64,000 nucleotides of DNA from an uncultured delta proteobacterium (GCA_963798485.1 CAWCTR010000021.1:192001-256000), one strand, 5' to 3'. Shown: positions 22,233 to 32,157, counted from the stretch's first letter. A program made the numbers and translations. Notes: generated by a model not told the origin, from the sequence alone.

Positions 22233-22712
22233 TTACTTTCCATCATACGCCTTTTGTAGAGCAGCAATGTCAAACTTCTTCATCTTAAGGAATGCTTGAG
22301 TTACCCGTGCCAATTTCTTAGGATCATTCGATTGCATCATTTCGTTCATAATGGTAGGAACGATCTGCCATGACAGGCCATACTTATCTTTAAGCCAACC
22401 GCATTCAATTTCTTGGCCACCGCCGCTGGTTAGGTTATCCCAGTAGTAATCAATTTCTTCCTGTGTATCACACTTGACAATAAATGATATTGACTCATTG
22501 AACTTGAAAAGCGGACCTGCACTAATAGCCATGAACTCTTGCCCAAAAAGTTCGAAAGTTACGATATCCACTGCCCCCGAAGGGGTATCCTGAAGTGTTA
22601 TAATGCTTTTGATCCGTGAATCCTTGAATACAGACATGTAAAACTTGGCCGCTTCCTTGGCTTCCTTATCAAACCACAGGTGCGGGATGATTTTGTTTTT
22701 GATGGTTGCCAT
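22233..22712 (-). CDS. VOC/PhnB-like (3-demethylubiquinone-9 3-methyltransferase domain) protein, gene cassette
   Basis: KIIPHLWF, FNESISF, QEEIDYYW and CGWLKDKYGLSWQIVP motifs; follows core site GTTTAGC. Confidence 0.93.
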   Translation of the reverse strand: MATIKNKIIPHLWFDKEAKEAAKFYMSVFKDSRIKSIITLQDTPSGAVDIVTFELFGQEFMAISAGPLFKFNESISFIVKCDTQEEIDYYWDNLTSGGGQEIECGWLKDKYGLSWQIVPTIMNEMMQSNDPKKLARVTQAFLKMKKFDIAALQKAYDGK

Positions 22713-22731
22713 AGAGTTTCCTCCTATAAAG

Positions 22732-22830
22732 GCTAAACGCTGCGGCTCACCGGCTGCCAGGGCCAAGTTGGGCTGACAAGTCTACACGCAAGTGCGGCAC
22801 TGGCAGTCCGCGTGCAGCCGATGGTTGGGC
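22732..22830 (-). other. integron attC site (intact)
   Basis: Minus strand: GCCCAAC catc GGCTGCACGCGGACTGCCAG...CTGGCAGCCGGTGAGCC gcagc GTTTAGC, right after the stop of the upstream gene. Confidence 0.9.
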
Positions 22831-22837
22831 ATTTTCA

Positions 22838-23623
22838 CTAAAAAAATTGAAGTTCCCCAAACTTTTTCTCAATAGTAATTGAACGATAACCATGATGATA
22901 GAAATCCACACGTACTGATTTGTTAAAGAGATCACCTCTGTTAAAATAAATATCGTGGTCCATAAAATATTCGATCGCCATTACAATAATGGTGTCACCT
23001 GGAAAGAATTTTATTGTGGGACAATGTCTCTCTGATATCAATCGGAAAAATGCAAAATCACGTGTGCTTCGACTAGGCACAAAATACATGTTATCTTGCG
23101 GGTTTTTTATGACTATCGCGGGCATCTGGAGATCAATATGGAAATTACCTAAAGGAACTGTTCCGCGATTAGTTAAGGATATTTCTAGATGATAAGTATG
23201 TATTTCCGAACGTTGTTTAACTATCCTATACGCTAAATCAATCTCTGTTGTAGTTTCTATTGGCTCATTTGATGTATTACCTTCAATTTCCATTAGGGCC
23301 GCACTTTCAGCTCTTTGTTTCCATTCTTGTAATAATTCAACTGTGTACCGCATTGGATCATTATCAATAAGCTTTGCGCAATTCTGACAAAGCCAAATGC
23401 CATTCTCAATTGATTGGCGTTGTTCAGATGTAATGGTTGCATCATAACGAGGACCGCCAGGTGATGCTGCAGTAATGTGAGCTGCAACACCGATATTAAC
23501 TATAAGTGAAGAGTCTGATCGCGGCCCCGTAGTAAGTTTTTTACAGGTGGGATTTGAGCACCTGACGCCTACACGTTTAGCTAAAACATCTATTGTCGGT
23601 TTTGAAAAGTCGTCACGTTCCAT
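22838..23623 (-). CDS. HNH-like zinc-binding nuclease domain protein, gene cassette
   Basis: RCSNPTC...AAHITAASPGGPRYD...NGIWLCQNCAKLID; cassette starts GTTGGGCATT (23639) and ends with complementary AATGCCCAAC; AT-rich. Confidence 0.85.
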   Translation of the reverse strand: MERDDFSKPTIDVLAKRVGVRCSNPTCKKLTTGPRSDSSLIVNIGVAAHITAASPGGPRYDATITSEQRQSIENGIWLCQNCAKLIDNDPMRYTVELLQEWKQRAESAALMEIEGNTSNEPIETTTEIDLAYRIVKQRSEIHTYHLEISLTNRGTVPLGNFHIDLQMPAIVIKNPQDNMYFVPSRSTRDFAFFRLISERHCPTIKFFPGDTIIVMAIEYFMDHDIYFNRGDLFNKSVRVDFYHHGYRSITIEKKFGELQFF

Positions 23624-23632
23624 ATTATTAAT

Positions 23633-23764
23633 GCCCAACGTATAGCGTTTTATCCATTGTCCCGCCGAAATTATAGCAGGAGGAGATCAGGGGAGCAATG
23701 GTCATAATTTTAGGATGATATATGATTACTAAGCTGCGGGATGATGGATAAAAGGCCGTTGGAC
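23633..23764 (-). other. attC-like hairpin (non-canonical spacing) at the end of the IS91-family element
   Basis: GTCCAAC ggcc TTTTATCCATCATCCCGC ... GCGGGACAATGGATAAAA cgctatac GTTGGGC; 16/18 stem. Confidence 0.65.
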
Positions 23765-24042
23765 TGTGCCGCTCCGGGCATACTTATTATCTATGGGCAT
23801 TGTATCCGGATACTTCGCTAAAGAATAGTGGTTGATGATCTTGTTTGTGAAGGAGACGGCGTCTCTCGATATGGTAATCGGTCGAAGATGTTGATCTTGA
23901 GACTGGATGTGAACCGTGAAAGTGAAGCATTTTGGTGGTATCTCAGACCTCAAGGCGTACCACTCCTGCACCCCAGTTGAACAAAGAACCTTGGGGCTGT
24001 CAGGAGCATGCAGTGTATGCGTATGTGTTTTTTGTTTGCTCA

Positions 24043-25317
24043 TCACGGAGAATTCAAGATCAATGGTTGATTGGGGCCAGCCTTAGTAACGCCCATTGCC
24101 TGGAAAGGAATTTCGGAGATCCGCTTCATGGTGCCTTTCCGGCAGGAAGGGCACTGGGTGATATCCATGCCGGTAAGCTGGAGCATCAATTCCTGAGTTG
24201 ATTTATCAGCCGGACTCGAAGACTGAGAAGTGCAGTTGAGAAGCACTCTGATCCTGTTCAAGTCCTGTTTTTTCGACCTGTTGGCCAGAAAGCCGTAATG
24301 ACGGATGCGCATGAAGCCATCGGGAAGGACATGGAGCAGGAACCGTCGAATGAATTCCACGGCATCAAGCGTCATGATCTTGCGGGTGTTCCGGTCCTTT
24401 CGGTCCTGGTAGTGGAACATGACCTTGTCGTCATGCATCGCAATGATGCGATGGTTGGAGATGGCCACCCGGTGGGTGTACCGGCCGAGGTAATCGAGCA
24501 CCTGTTCAGGTCCGGCAAAGGGTTTCTTGGAGTAGACCACCCATTCTTGCTCTTTAAGTTTCCGGATCAGCTTCTTGAACCCGGATGGAACGCCGAGGTG
24601 AACGGAACTGCCGGGGAAGCTCAGTTCGCTGGAACGATAGGATCTCTCCAGATAATCGATGAACTTGCCTCTGAAGACGCGGGAGAGTGCCCTGACCGGA
24701 AAGAGGAAATGCCGGCGAGAAGCTATCCAGCGTTCTCTGTCGAAGGAGAGTGCACCGGCCGGGATTACGCAATGCAGATGGTAATGATCCAGGAGCACTT
24801 GGCTCCAGGTATGGAGGATCAGGATGAAGCCCATCTTGCCGCCCAGAGAGTTCCGTGGATTATGGCCGAACTCAGCTAGGGTCTCGGATACCGACTTGAA
24901 GAGAATGGAGTAGATCTCCTTCTTGTTGCACTGGGCGATGGGGTTGATATCATGAGGCAGGGTGAACACCGTGTGGAAGTACCCTACCGGAATGAGCTCC
25001 TCAATCCGTGCTTCGAGCCACCTCGCCTTGGCCATAGTCTGGCACTTGGGGCAGTGCCTGTTGCGGCAAGAGTTGTAGAACGGTCGTTCATAACCGCACC
25101 TGTCGCAACGCTCGATATGTCCCCCCTGGAACTCGGTACGACAGCGGATGATGGCGGATATGACTCTTCTGTGGGCAAGGGGAGTCGGATAGGCCGCCTG
25201 GTAGTCACTGCCATGGACACGGAAGATATCTGCCACCTCGCAACTCTGTACAGGATGCTTCTGGGTACAGGCTTGCGTGATTGGGGCTAACATGACTGGC
25301 CTCCCTCTAGATGGCAT
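24043..25317 (-). CDS. IS91-family (Y2 HUH) transposase
   Basis: NSCRNRHCPKCQ zinc finger, YFHTVFTLP, HYHLHC (HUH), YLGRYTHR (YxxxY) and RIRHYGFL motifs. Confidence 0.95.
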   Translation of the reverse strand: MPSRGRPVMLAPITQACTQKHPVQSCEVADIFRVHGSDYQAAYPTPLAHRRVISAIIRCRTEFQGGHIERCDRCGYERPFYNSCRNRHCPKCQTMAKARWLEARIEELIPVGYFHTVFTLPHDINPIAQCNKKEIYSILFKSVSETLAEFGHNPRNSLGGKMGFILILHTWSQVLLDHYHLHCVIPAGALSFDRERWIASRRHFLFPVRALSRVFRGKFIDYLERSYRSSELSFPGSSVHLGVPSGFKKLIRKLKEQEWVVYSKKPFAGPEQVLDYLGRYTHRVAISNHRIIAMHDDKVMFHYQDRKDRNTRKIMTLDAVEFIRRFLLHVLPDGFMRIRHYGFLANRSKKQDLNRIRVLLNCTSQSSSPADKSTQELMLQLTGMDITQCPSCRKGTMKRISEIPFQAMGVTKAGPNQPLILNSP

Positions 25318-26147
25318 GCCTCAATGTCCAGAGGGCTCCTGACGGAAGAGAGTCCGGTGCGCGTAAGATGCAGGTAACGCGCGGTGGTATTGATGTAGCT
25401 ATGTCCCATCAGTTCCTGGATAGTACGAAGGTTGACACCGGACTCCAGTAGGTGCGTGGCGAAGCAATGCCGCAGGGTATGAATACCCCGGCCTCCGGTG
25501 ATTCCTGCCTTTCTCCTGGCTTTGTCATAGATTCGCTGTGCAGTGGTAATGTGCATGGTGTTCTTGCGGTCACGACCAGAAAACAGCCATACTGTGGGGC
25601 GGTACATCTTCATAAAGACCTGCATCTCATCCCAAAGTCGCTGGGAGAGGATCGTGTACCGATCCTTGTTGCCTTTTGCCTGCTCAATGCGGATGGTCAT
25701 GCGCGATCCGTCGATATGCTTCGGCTTCAAGCGCACCACTTCGCTGACTCGCAAGCCTGCTGAGTAAGTCGTCATGAGCAGGAGGCGATGCTTGGGGTTG
25801 GCGGTACAGTCAAAGAGACGCTCTATGGCTTCCCTGCTCATAATCTCGGGCAACTGGGACTTGTTCTTACGGGGCGGTATGCTTAGGCGTATAGATTCAT
25901 AGCCAAGAGTCTCCGAGTAGAAAAACCGGAAGGCGGACACCGCTAAGTTGCATGAGCTCCAGGCAAGCTTCCTTTCTTTCATCAGGTAAAGCAGATAATC
26001 CTGTACTTCCGTATTCGTGATCTTGTCGGGTGACCTCCCAAAATACTTCGCAAGCGCGGCAACAGCCATAACATAAGACTTCTGAGTCCGCTGTGAAAAC
26101 CTCCTGAGCTGCATCTCACGAATCATCTTCTCCCGTAGTTCCGTCAT
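25287..26147 (-). CDS. tyrosine recombinase with N-terminal SAM-like domain
   Basis: GLRVSE, KGNKDR, HTLRHCFATHLLE, MGH and TARY catalytic set. Confidence 0.95.
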   Translation of the reverse strand: MTELREKMIREMQLRRFSQRTQKSYVMAVAALAKYFGRSPDKITNTEVQDYLLYLMKERKLAWSSCNLAVSAFRFFYSETLGYESIRLSIPPRKNKSQLPEIMSREAIERLFDCTANPKHRLLLMTTYSAGLRVSEVVRLKPKHIDGSRMTIRIEQAKGNKDRYTILSQRLWDEMQVFMKMYRPTVWLFSGRDRKNTMHITTAQRIYDKARRKAGITGGRGIHTLRHCFATHLLESGVNLRTIQELMGHSYINTTARYLHLTRTGLSSVRSPLDIEACHLEGGQSC

Positions 26148-26290
26148 GCCATACCTCCTTGTTTTTGTGGTTTAGTGAACAGGGAGATATGATACCGTAA
26201 CTATAGATTATCGAAGGGTATTAATCGGGTGAGCTGTTGCTTAAGGACAATTTGATCAGCAAATTCAAGAGACTCCGCGACAGCGGCTTA

Positions 26291-26377
26291 GTTCAACAAT
26301 TACTATACTGCACTTTTGCAGTATATCACCATTATTATTCGTTGCACAATTGCAGTATATCCGGATATTGAGTGCAA
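26291..26377 (-). other. attI-like structured recombination site, copy 2
   Basis: Inverted copy of 364-437; TATACTGCA aaag TGCAGTATA palindrome, then gtaatt GTTGAAC; heads the minus-strand cassette array. Confidence 0.6.
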
Positions 26378-26625
26378 GGCATTATGATGTTATAAATATA
26401 TAAATAACCGATTTACAGCTCTCGCAAATTATAAAAAAGCCCGCTCGACCGCATTACCTAAGAACGCGCATACTCCGTCCCCTAAGGGTGGATTCATGTG
26501 CGTGTCCCTGGCCCTCTTTCATGTTTCATCGTGCGGATAATCATTCTATTTCATGTTGTGGCGGCAACCATGCCGTTTGAATGGATATTAGTGGAAAGTA
26601 AAAATATAGGTCAAAGGAATCAAAT

Positions 26626-26660
26626 GAGATTGCCACGTTGTCGCCGGCACCTCGCAATGA
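26626..26660. repeat. degenerate REP-like dispersed repeat
   Basis: GAGATTGCCACG...CCTCGCAATGA resembles a common intergenic repeat type; single copy in window. Confidence 0.3.
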
Positions 26661-26693
26661 ATCTGAAATAATACACTTTCACGCAACTTGGTA

Positions 26694-27815
26694 CTAGTCC
26701 AGCTTCTTATGGAATCTGCCGACAGCCCCGGCAAAGAGGACAAGCCCCAGGATCACCAGCGCGAGATACTGCGGCCAGAGGACATAGAACCCTACGCCCT
26801 TCAGAAAGATACCCCTGATGATCACGAGGAAAAAACGGAGCGGGTTTAAATATGTAAGCCACTGGACAACCACAGGCATGTTGGCAATGGGGAATATAAA
26901 GCCCGAGAGCATGAAGAAAGGCAGGATGAAAAAGAAAGTCGTCATCATAGCCTGCTGCTGGGTGGATGAGACCGTCGAGATGAAGAGGCCTACCCCCAGA
27001 GTGCTCAGGAGGAAAAGGCAGGCAGCAAAAAACAGGAGCACCAGACTGCCTGCAATAGGGATATTGAACCAGATCTTGGCGATGATAGTGACTACGATCA
27101 TTTGGACAATCGAGATCACGATGTACGGCAAGGTCTTTCCTATGATGAGTTCGGTGGCCTTTAGCGGGGTGACGATGAGCTGCTCCATGGTGCCTTGCTC
27201 CCTTTCCTTGATGACTGCTATGGATGTCAAAAGCAGAGATATAAGCATGATTACAAAGGCCACGATTCCCGGGATAAAGAAGTTTTGGCTGTCCAGATTC
27301 GGGTTATACCAAGTTCTTATCCTGGCATCCACATGACCGTAATCCATGCGCCGGCCTTTGAGTTCTCGAAGCATGTTCGTATTGAATGCATCCAGCACAA
27401 GCACGGTGTAGCCGATCCTGATGGATGCCATGTTGCTTATGCTCCCATCGACAAGGATCTCAACAGATGCGCTCTGGCCCTTCCTGATGCGGCTCCCCAT
27501 ATCAGGCGCGATCTTTATACCGATATCAACCTTACCCTTCAGGAGTAATTGTTCCAATTCTTTTTGATCCTGCGGGTAGTCTGTGATCCTGAAAATCCTG
27601 TTGCCGTAAATGGACTCAATGAATTTTCTGCTCTCACCGGTATGGGACTGGTCAATGACTGCCACCCGGATGTTCCTTATGTCATAGTTGACAACATAGC
27701 CGAAGAGAAGGAGCATGAGTATGGGGGCAATGACCAGCACGTGCCTGTTCCTCTTGTCTCTAAAGAGTACGATGAACTCCTTGCGCACGAGCTCCCTGAT
27801 GCGCAGCCAGCTCAC
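26694..27815 (-). CDS. ABC-2 type permease (YbhR-like)
   Basis: WYNPNL, KEREQGTMEQL and LSGFIFP motifs. Confidence 0.93.
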   Translation of the reverse strand: MSWLRIRELVRKEFIVLFRDKRNRHVLVIAPILMLLLFGYVVNYDIRNIRVAVIDQSHTGESRKFIESIYGNRIFRITDYPQDQKELEQLLLKGKVDIGIKIAPDMGSRIRKGQSASVEILVDGSISNMASIRIGYTVLVLDAFNTNMLRELKGRRMDYGHVDARIRTWYNPNLDSQNFFIPGIVAFVIMLISLLLTSIAVIKEREQGTMEQLIVTPLKATELIIGKTLPYIVISIVQMIVVTIIAKIWFNIPIAGSLVLLFFAACLFLLSTLGVGLFISTVSSTQQQAMMTTFFFILPFFMLSGFIFPIANMPVVVQWLTYLNPLRFFLVIIRGIFLKGVGFYVLWPQYLALVILGLVLFAGAVGRFHKKLD

Positions 27816-28945
27816 AGGCCCTCCCTCTTGAGCATGAGCATATTCATTACCGTAAGGAGCATGAACATGAATGCCAGGACTGCAAAGCTCTGCCAGAGGC
27901 GGAAGAACCCGAGGTTCTTCATATAGATACCGCTCAGTATGTCTATGTAGTACGTGGCAGGGACAATGTACGTGACGAACTGGAGGACCTTGGGCATGTT
28001 CGTGATGGGGAAAACGAAATTCGATAGGAGAAACGAAGGAAGATAGGTGAGCAGGATGGCACCCTGATTTGCCAAGAGCTGTGATTTTGTAACAGTAGAT
28101 ATCAGCAGTCCAAGTGCGAGCGCTACAAAGATATAGAGCGACGAGGCCAGGATCATGAGCCAGAAGCTTGCCTTCATGACTACATTGAAAAGCACCTGGC
28201 CGAGAAATACCGATATGAGGACATCGGTGAGTGTGATGAAAAAGTAGGGGATAGCCTTTCCCAAGAGCAGTTCAATGGCATTTATGGGAAGTGATCTGAT
28301 GGTCTCCATGGTCCCGTTCTCATACTCCCTCGCAATCACGAGCGAGGTGAGTATGGCGCCTACGATCATGATTATCACGGCGATGATCCCGGGTATGATG
28401 AATTGCCTGCTCTCCAGGTCCTCGTTAAACCAGATCCTGATGCGGCCATCCACCGGCGGATTTATCTTCTCCATGCTGTTTCTACTCAAGAACTTCAAGA
28501 GGAGATTCTGATTATACCCTTCCATAAAGATATTGACATACCCCCGAGCAATGTTTGCAAAATTCGGGTCGCTTCCGTCCATGAGGATCTGGATGGGGGC
28601 TTCTTCATCGGACCTGATCTTGCGTGTGAAATCCGGAGGTATGATCACCCCCAAGGCAGCCGTACCATGGTCAAGATATTCGGTCACTTCCGCTGCATTG
28701 CGCACATACCCCTTCACCTTGAAATAGGTAGAGGCATCCAGGTGCCTAATGAGGTCGCGGCTCATGTCGGTCCGGTCATAATCCACGATAATGGTTTCCA
28801 ACTCGTTCACATCCAGGCTTAAGGCATACCCAAAGATCAGGATGAGGCACAACGGGATGATAAAGGCAAGGATAAGGCTCCTCGTGTCCCTGATGAGGTG
28901 GTAGAATTCCTTTTTCATGATAGCCATGATCTTCCGCAGGCTCAT
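27812..28945 (-). CDS. ABC-2 type permease (YbhS-like)
   Basis: IFGYALSLD, AREYENGTME and GKAIPY motifs. Confidence 0.93.
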   Translation of the reverse strand: MSLRKIMAIMKKEFYHLIRDTRSLILAFIIPLCLILIFGYALSLDVNELETIIVDYDRTDMSRDLIRHLDASTYFKVKGYVRNAAEVTEYLDHGTAALGVIIPPDFTRKIRSDEEAPIQILMDGSDPNFANIARGYVNIFMEGYNQNLLLKFLSRNSMEKINPPVDGRIRIWFNEDLESRQFIIPGIIAVIIMIVGAILTSLVIAREYENGTMETIRSLPINAIELLLGKAIPYFFITLTDVLISVFLGQVLFNVVMKASFWLMILASSLYIFVALALGLLISTVTKSQLLANQGAILLTYLPSFLLSNFVFPITNMPKVLQFVTYIVPATYYIDILSGIYMKNLGFFRLWQSFAVLAFMFMLLTVMNMLMLKREGL

Positions 28946-29697
28946 GAGGCGCTCCTCGCCATGAGAGAGATAAAGGCGTCATTTAGGTTCGCATTGGGCT
29001 CGTTTGGACAAACCTTTTCAATGATCTCATGCGGGCTCCCTTGGGCCACGATAGTACCCAGGTTGATCATTATGATTCTTCCGCAGTTCTGCGCCTCGTC
29101 CATATAGTGCGTGGTCACAAAGACCGTGATACCCTGACCCGTAATATCCCGTATGAACTCCCAGAAATGCCTCCGGGTGATGGGGTCTACCCCTGATGTC
29201 GGTTCGTCAAGAAAGAGGATATCGGGTTTATGGAGCAGTGCGCAGCCGAGTGCGAGCCGTTGCCGCCACCCCTGTGGAAGATCTCTGGTCAGGCGGTTCT
29301 TCACCTCCTGGAGTTGGGCCATGTCGAGTATCCATTTTATGCGTTCCTTCCATTCTTCCTGAGGAACGCTGTAGAGGCCGAGGTAGAATCTGATGTTCTC
29401 GAAGGGGGTCATTTCTTCATAGAGTGAGAACTTCTGGGACATGTAACCGATTGAGTGCTTGACCTCCTCGGATTCGGTTATGATATCGTGACCTGCCACA
29501 AAGCCCTGGCCCGAGGTGGGGGTGATGATGCCGCAGAGCATACGGATGGTGGTGGATTTGCCGCTTCCATTGGAGCCCAGGAATCCAAATATTTCCCCCT
29601 TCTTGACCGAAAAGGTGATCTTGTTCACGGCAACGAAGTCGCCGAATCTTTTTTCAAGGTTTTCGACAAAGATCACATCATCGTTTGAAGGTGTCAT
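28942..29697 (-). CDS. ABC transporter ATP-binding protein (YbhF C-terminal half-like)
   Basis: GSNGSGKST and LDEPTSGVDP motifs. Confidence 0.95.
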   Translation of the reverse strand: MTPSNDDVIFVENLEKRFGDFVAVNKITFSVKKGEIFGFLGSNGSGKSTTIRMLCGIITPTSGQGFVAGHDIITESEEVKHSIGYMSQKFSLYEEMTPFENIRFYLGLYSVPQEEWKERIKWILDMAQLQEVKNRLTRDLPQGWRQRLALGCALLHKPDILFLDEPTSGVDPITRRHFWEFIRDITGQGITVFVTTHYMDEAQNCGRIIMINLGTIVAQGSPHEIIEKVCPNEPNANLNDAFISLMARSAS

Positions 29698-30442
29698 GGA
29701 TGAGTCCCTTGTCTACATTTAAGATGCGCTGGATCATGGCCTCTTCCAGGTTATCATATTGGGAACGGATCTCCTGGGGAGATGCAACGGCTAAGAGGTG
29801 TGACTTGTGCATGAGGCCCAGCCGGTCGCACCTCTCTCCCTCATCAAGATATGCGGTGGAGACTATGATGGTCATGCCATGATCTCGCATCTGCAGTAGG
29901 ATGTCCCAGAATTCCCGGCGAGACACCGGGTCCACCCCGTTGGTGGGCTCGTCAAGGATAAGGGCCTCCGGTTCGTGCACGAGCACGCAGGCAAGCCCGA
30001 GTTTCTGCTTCATACCCCCCGAGAGGTTTCCTGCAAGACGATCGAGATAGGGCAGCAGGTTGGAAAACCCCAGATATTTCTCCTTTCTCAGCCTTCTTTC
30101 CTTGCCTCGAACTCCGAAGATGTCCATGAAGAAATCCATGTTTTCCTCAACGGTAAGGTCCTGGTAGAGCCCGAAGCGTTGGGGCATGTATCCGATGAGT
30201 GGTTTGACCTTCCACCTCTGGCCCGCCACGTCGATGCCCCCCACAAAGATATGTCCGGATGTGGGTTTGATCATGGTGGCGATCATCCTAAGCAGGGTCG
30301 ACTTGCCGGCCCCGTCGGAGCCCACGAGTCCGAAGATGGTCCCTTTTTCCACCTCCATGCTCACCTCCCTGACAGCCTCGGTCTGTCCGAAGCGCATGGA
30401 GACGGCATCTACCTTTATAAAACCGTTATTTGAGGTAGGCAT
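29678..30442 (-). CDS. ABC transporter ATP-binding protein (YbhF N-terminal half-like)
   Basis: GSDGAGKST, LSGGMKQKL and LDEPT motifs. Confidence 0.95.
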   Translation of the reverse strand: MPTSNNGFIKVDAVSMRFGQTEAVREVSMEVEKGTIFGLVGSDGAGKSTLLRMIATMIKPTSGHIFVGGIDVAGQRWKVKPLIGYMPQRFGLYQDLTVEENMDFFMDIFGVRGKERRLRKEKYLGFSNLLPYLDRLAGNLSGGMKQKLGLACVLVHEPEALILDEPTNGVDPVSRREFWDILLQMRDHGMTIIVSTAYLDEGERCDRLGLMHKSHLLAVASPQEIRSQYDNLEEAMIQRILNVDKGLIHDTFKR

Positions 30443-31436
30443 CCGCGGGCATCCCTGTCTTCAGCTCGAATGCGGGGTTTGGGAGAGAAACCTTTACCAG
30501 ATAGACGAGCTTCACCCGCTCTTTTTTTGTCTGGATGATCTTGGGCGTGAACTCGGCCTCAGGGGATACGTAGGAAACCAGGCCTCTGAAAACCTTGTCC
30601 TTGAAGGTATCCACCTTCACCTCCACCTTTTGGCCCGGTCTGACATTGGCGATATCGGTTTCATCAACAAATATCTTCAGATCCACGCGTGAGAGGTCGG
30701 ACATGGTAAGAACCTCCCTGCCCGGGCTCACCACCTCACCGGGCTCCACATTCCTGCTCGTTATGATACCGTCATACGGCGCGATAAGCTTTGTATATCC
30801 AAGTTGAATCCTTGCCTGGTCAAGGGTGGCCTTAGCGAGATCGATCTGGGATTGGGCGGAATCTATATCCTTCTTTGTCGTGTCGATCTTTTTCAGGTTG
30901 CTCTTTGATTGCTGATAAATGGCCTCGCTTTCATTGACCTTTGAGAGTGCGTTATCAAAGCCGAGTTTTACCGTATCCCGTTCCTTCTCGGATATGACAC
31001 CCTGCTTGAACAGTTGCTGGAACCTGTCATTGTTTTTCCGGGCATCGAGCATGGTATTGCGCGCCATGGAGACATTGGCCTCGGCCCGCTTGACGTCGTC
31101 AGGAAGTGTGCTTGTATAGATAGTCAAGAGCTGTTCCAGTTCTTCTTTTGCCTTTATTGCCTTATCCAGGCCGGCCTTTGCCTGGTCGAGTTGTGCCTGA
31201 TACTCGGCCGAATCGAGTTCTGCAAGCACTTGGCCCTTTTTAACGGCCTTGCCTTCCTCGGCCTGGATAATCGTCACATGCCCTGATGCCTGGAAGGCGA
31301 GGTCGGACTGAATTGCCTCGATGGTGCCGGAGTAGTACATCCCGCCATTCCTGGCCCTTTGCTGTGCAAAGTAAACCAGGGCGCTTACCCCAACGAGAAG
31401 TACGATGAAGACAATAATGATAATCCGCTTTTTCAA
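30426..31436 (-). CDS. HlyD-family membrane fusion protein (YbhG-like)
   Basis: N-terminal TM; AEFTPK and LKTGMPAD motifs. Confidence 0.93.
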   Translation of the reverse strand: MKKRIIIIVFIVLLVGVSALVYFAQQRARNGGMYYSGTIEAIQSDLAFQASGHVTIIQAEEGKAVKKGQVLAELDSAEYQAQLDQAKAGLDKAIKAKEELEQLLTIYTSTLPDDVKRAEANVSMARNTMLDARKNNDRFQQLFKQGVISEKERDTVKLGFDNALSKVNESEAIYQQSKSNLKKIDTTKKDIDSAQSQIDLAKATLDQARIQLGYTKLIAPYDGIITSRNVEPGEVVSPGREVLTMSDLSRVDLKIFVDETDIANVRPGQKVEVKVDTFKDKVFRGLVSYVSPEAEFTPKIIQTKKERVKLVYLVKVSLPNPAFELKTGMPADAYLK

Positions 31437-31467
31437 AATTCTTCCTCCTGTCTGGAGTTGTCAGTGA

Positions 31468-32097
31468 TCACTTTCTCATTGCATTCAGAATCAGTTTTTC
31501 TATCTCTGCAGCGATCTTACCTGAAACATTCTTGTTGAGGTCTTTCAGCTCTTCAGGTACTTGCTGTGCTGCCAGGAGGATAGGTGCAATGGTCTTGTAT
31601 ATTACCGTTGCCCCGATCGCCATGAAATGAACCAAGAGCGGCGGTGAATCAATGAACACGCCCTCAGACTTCCCTTCTTCAATTATGCCGCTCAAGGTAC
31701 GGAATATGGAAAACAGATCCTGGAAAAAAATCTCGGGCAGGTTCTGACCGCCTGAAGCCATCTCCCTCATCATCATGCGTGGAACCTGAGGGTTTTCATC
31801 AAAGGTGTTCGCAAGGGTTTTGAGGTAGGTCTTCATCTTCTCTTCAGGCGTTTTTACCCCCTTGATGCCATCTATCAGCCTTTGGGCGGCAGTCCCGATT
31901 ACCTTGTGAAATGCATCTGCATAGAGCGCCTTCTTGTCGCCGATGTGGTAATACAGTGCAGCCTTATTAACCCCTGCCCTGCGGGCTATCTCATCCACCC
32001 GTGCGCCTGCAAATCCCTTTTCAGCAAACACATCCTTAGCCGCCTCAAGGATCCTAGTTACTGTTTCGCACTTCTTCTCTCCTTGTCCGTCTTTCAT
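31468..32097 (-). CDS. TetR/AcrR-family regulator
   Basis: FAEKGFAGARVDEIARRAGVNKAALYYH HTH. Confidence 0.95.
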   Translation of the reverse strand: MKDGQGEKKCETVTRILEAAKDVFAEKGFAGARVDEIARRAGVNKAALYYHIGDKKALYADAFHKVIGTAAQRLIDGIKGVKTPEEKMKTYLKTLANTFDENPQVPRMMMREMASGGQNLPEIFFQDLFSIFRTLSGIIEEGKSEGVFIDSPPLLVHFMAIGATVIYKTIAPILLAAQQVPEELKDLNKNVSGKIAAEIEKLILNAMRK

Positions 32098-32130
32098 CGC
32101 GTGCTCCAGTGAAAAACCATACTTTTAAAC

Positions 32131-32157
32131 TAACCGTTTGGTTTAACCATTTGGTTA
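32131..32157. promoter_or_regulatory. tandem palindromic TetR operator candidates
   Basis: TAACCGTTTGGTTT and TAACCATTTGGTTA upstream of tetR. Confidence 0.55.

Larger units (their letters stand above)
23639..26297 (-). mobile_element. IS91-family element with upstream tyrosine recombinase, bounded by GTT core sites
   Basis: Begins GTTGAACTAAGCCGCT (26297), carries two overlapping genes and ends in the attC-like hairpin. Confidence 0.8.

Noticed and set aside
23729-24046. 105-aa ORF after the IS91 transposase
   Set aside because: No motif or RBS; lies in the element's terminal region and overlaps the attC-like hairpin.
25287-26147. Integron integrase IntI
   Set aside because: Only 286 aa with no visible IntI-specific insertion; it is co-oriented with the cassettes, inside the array and coupled to an IS91 transposase.
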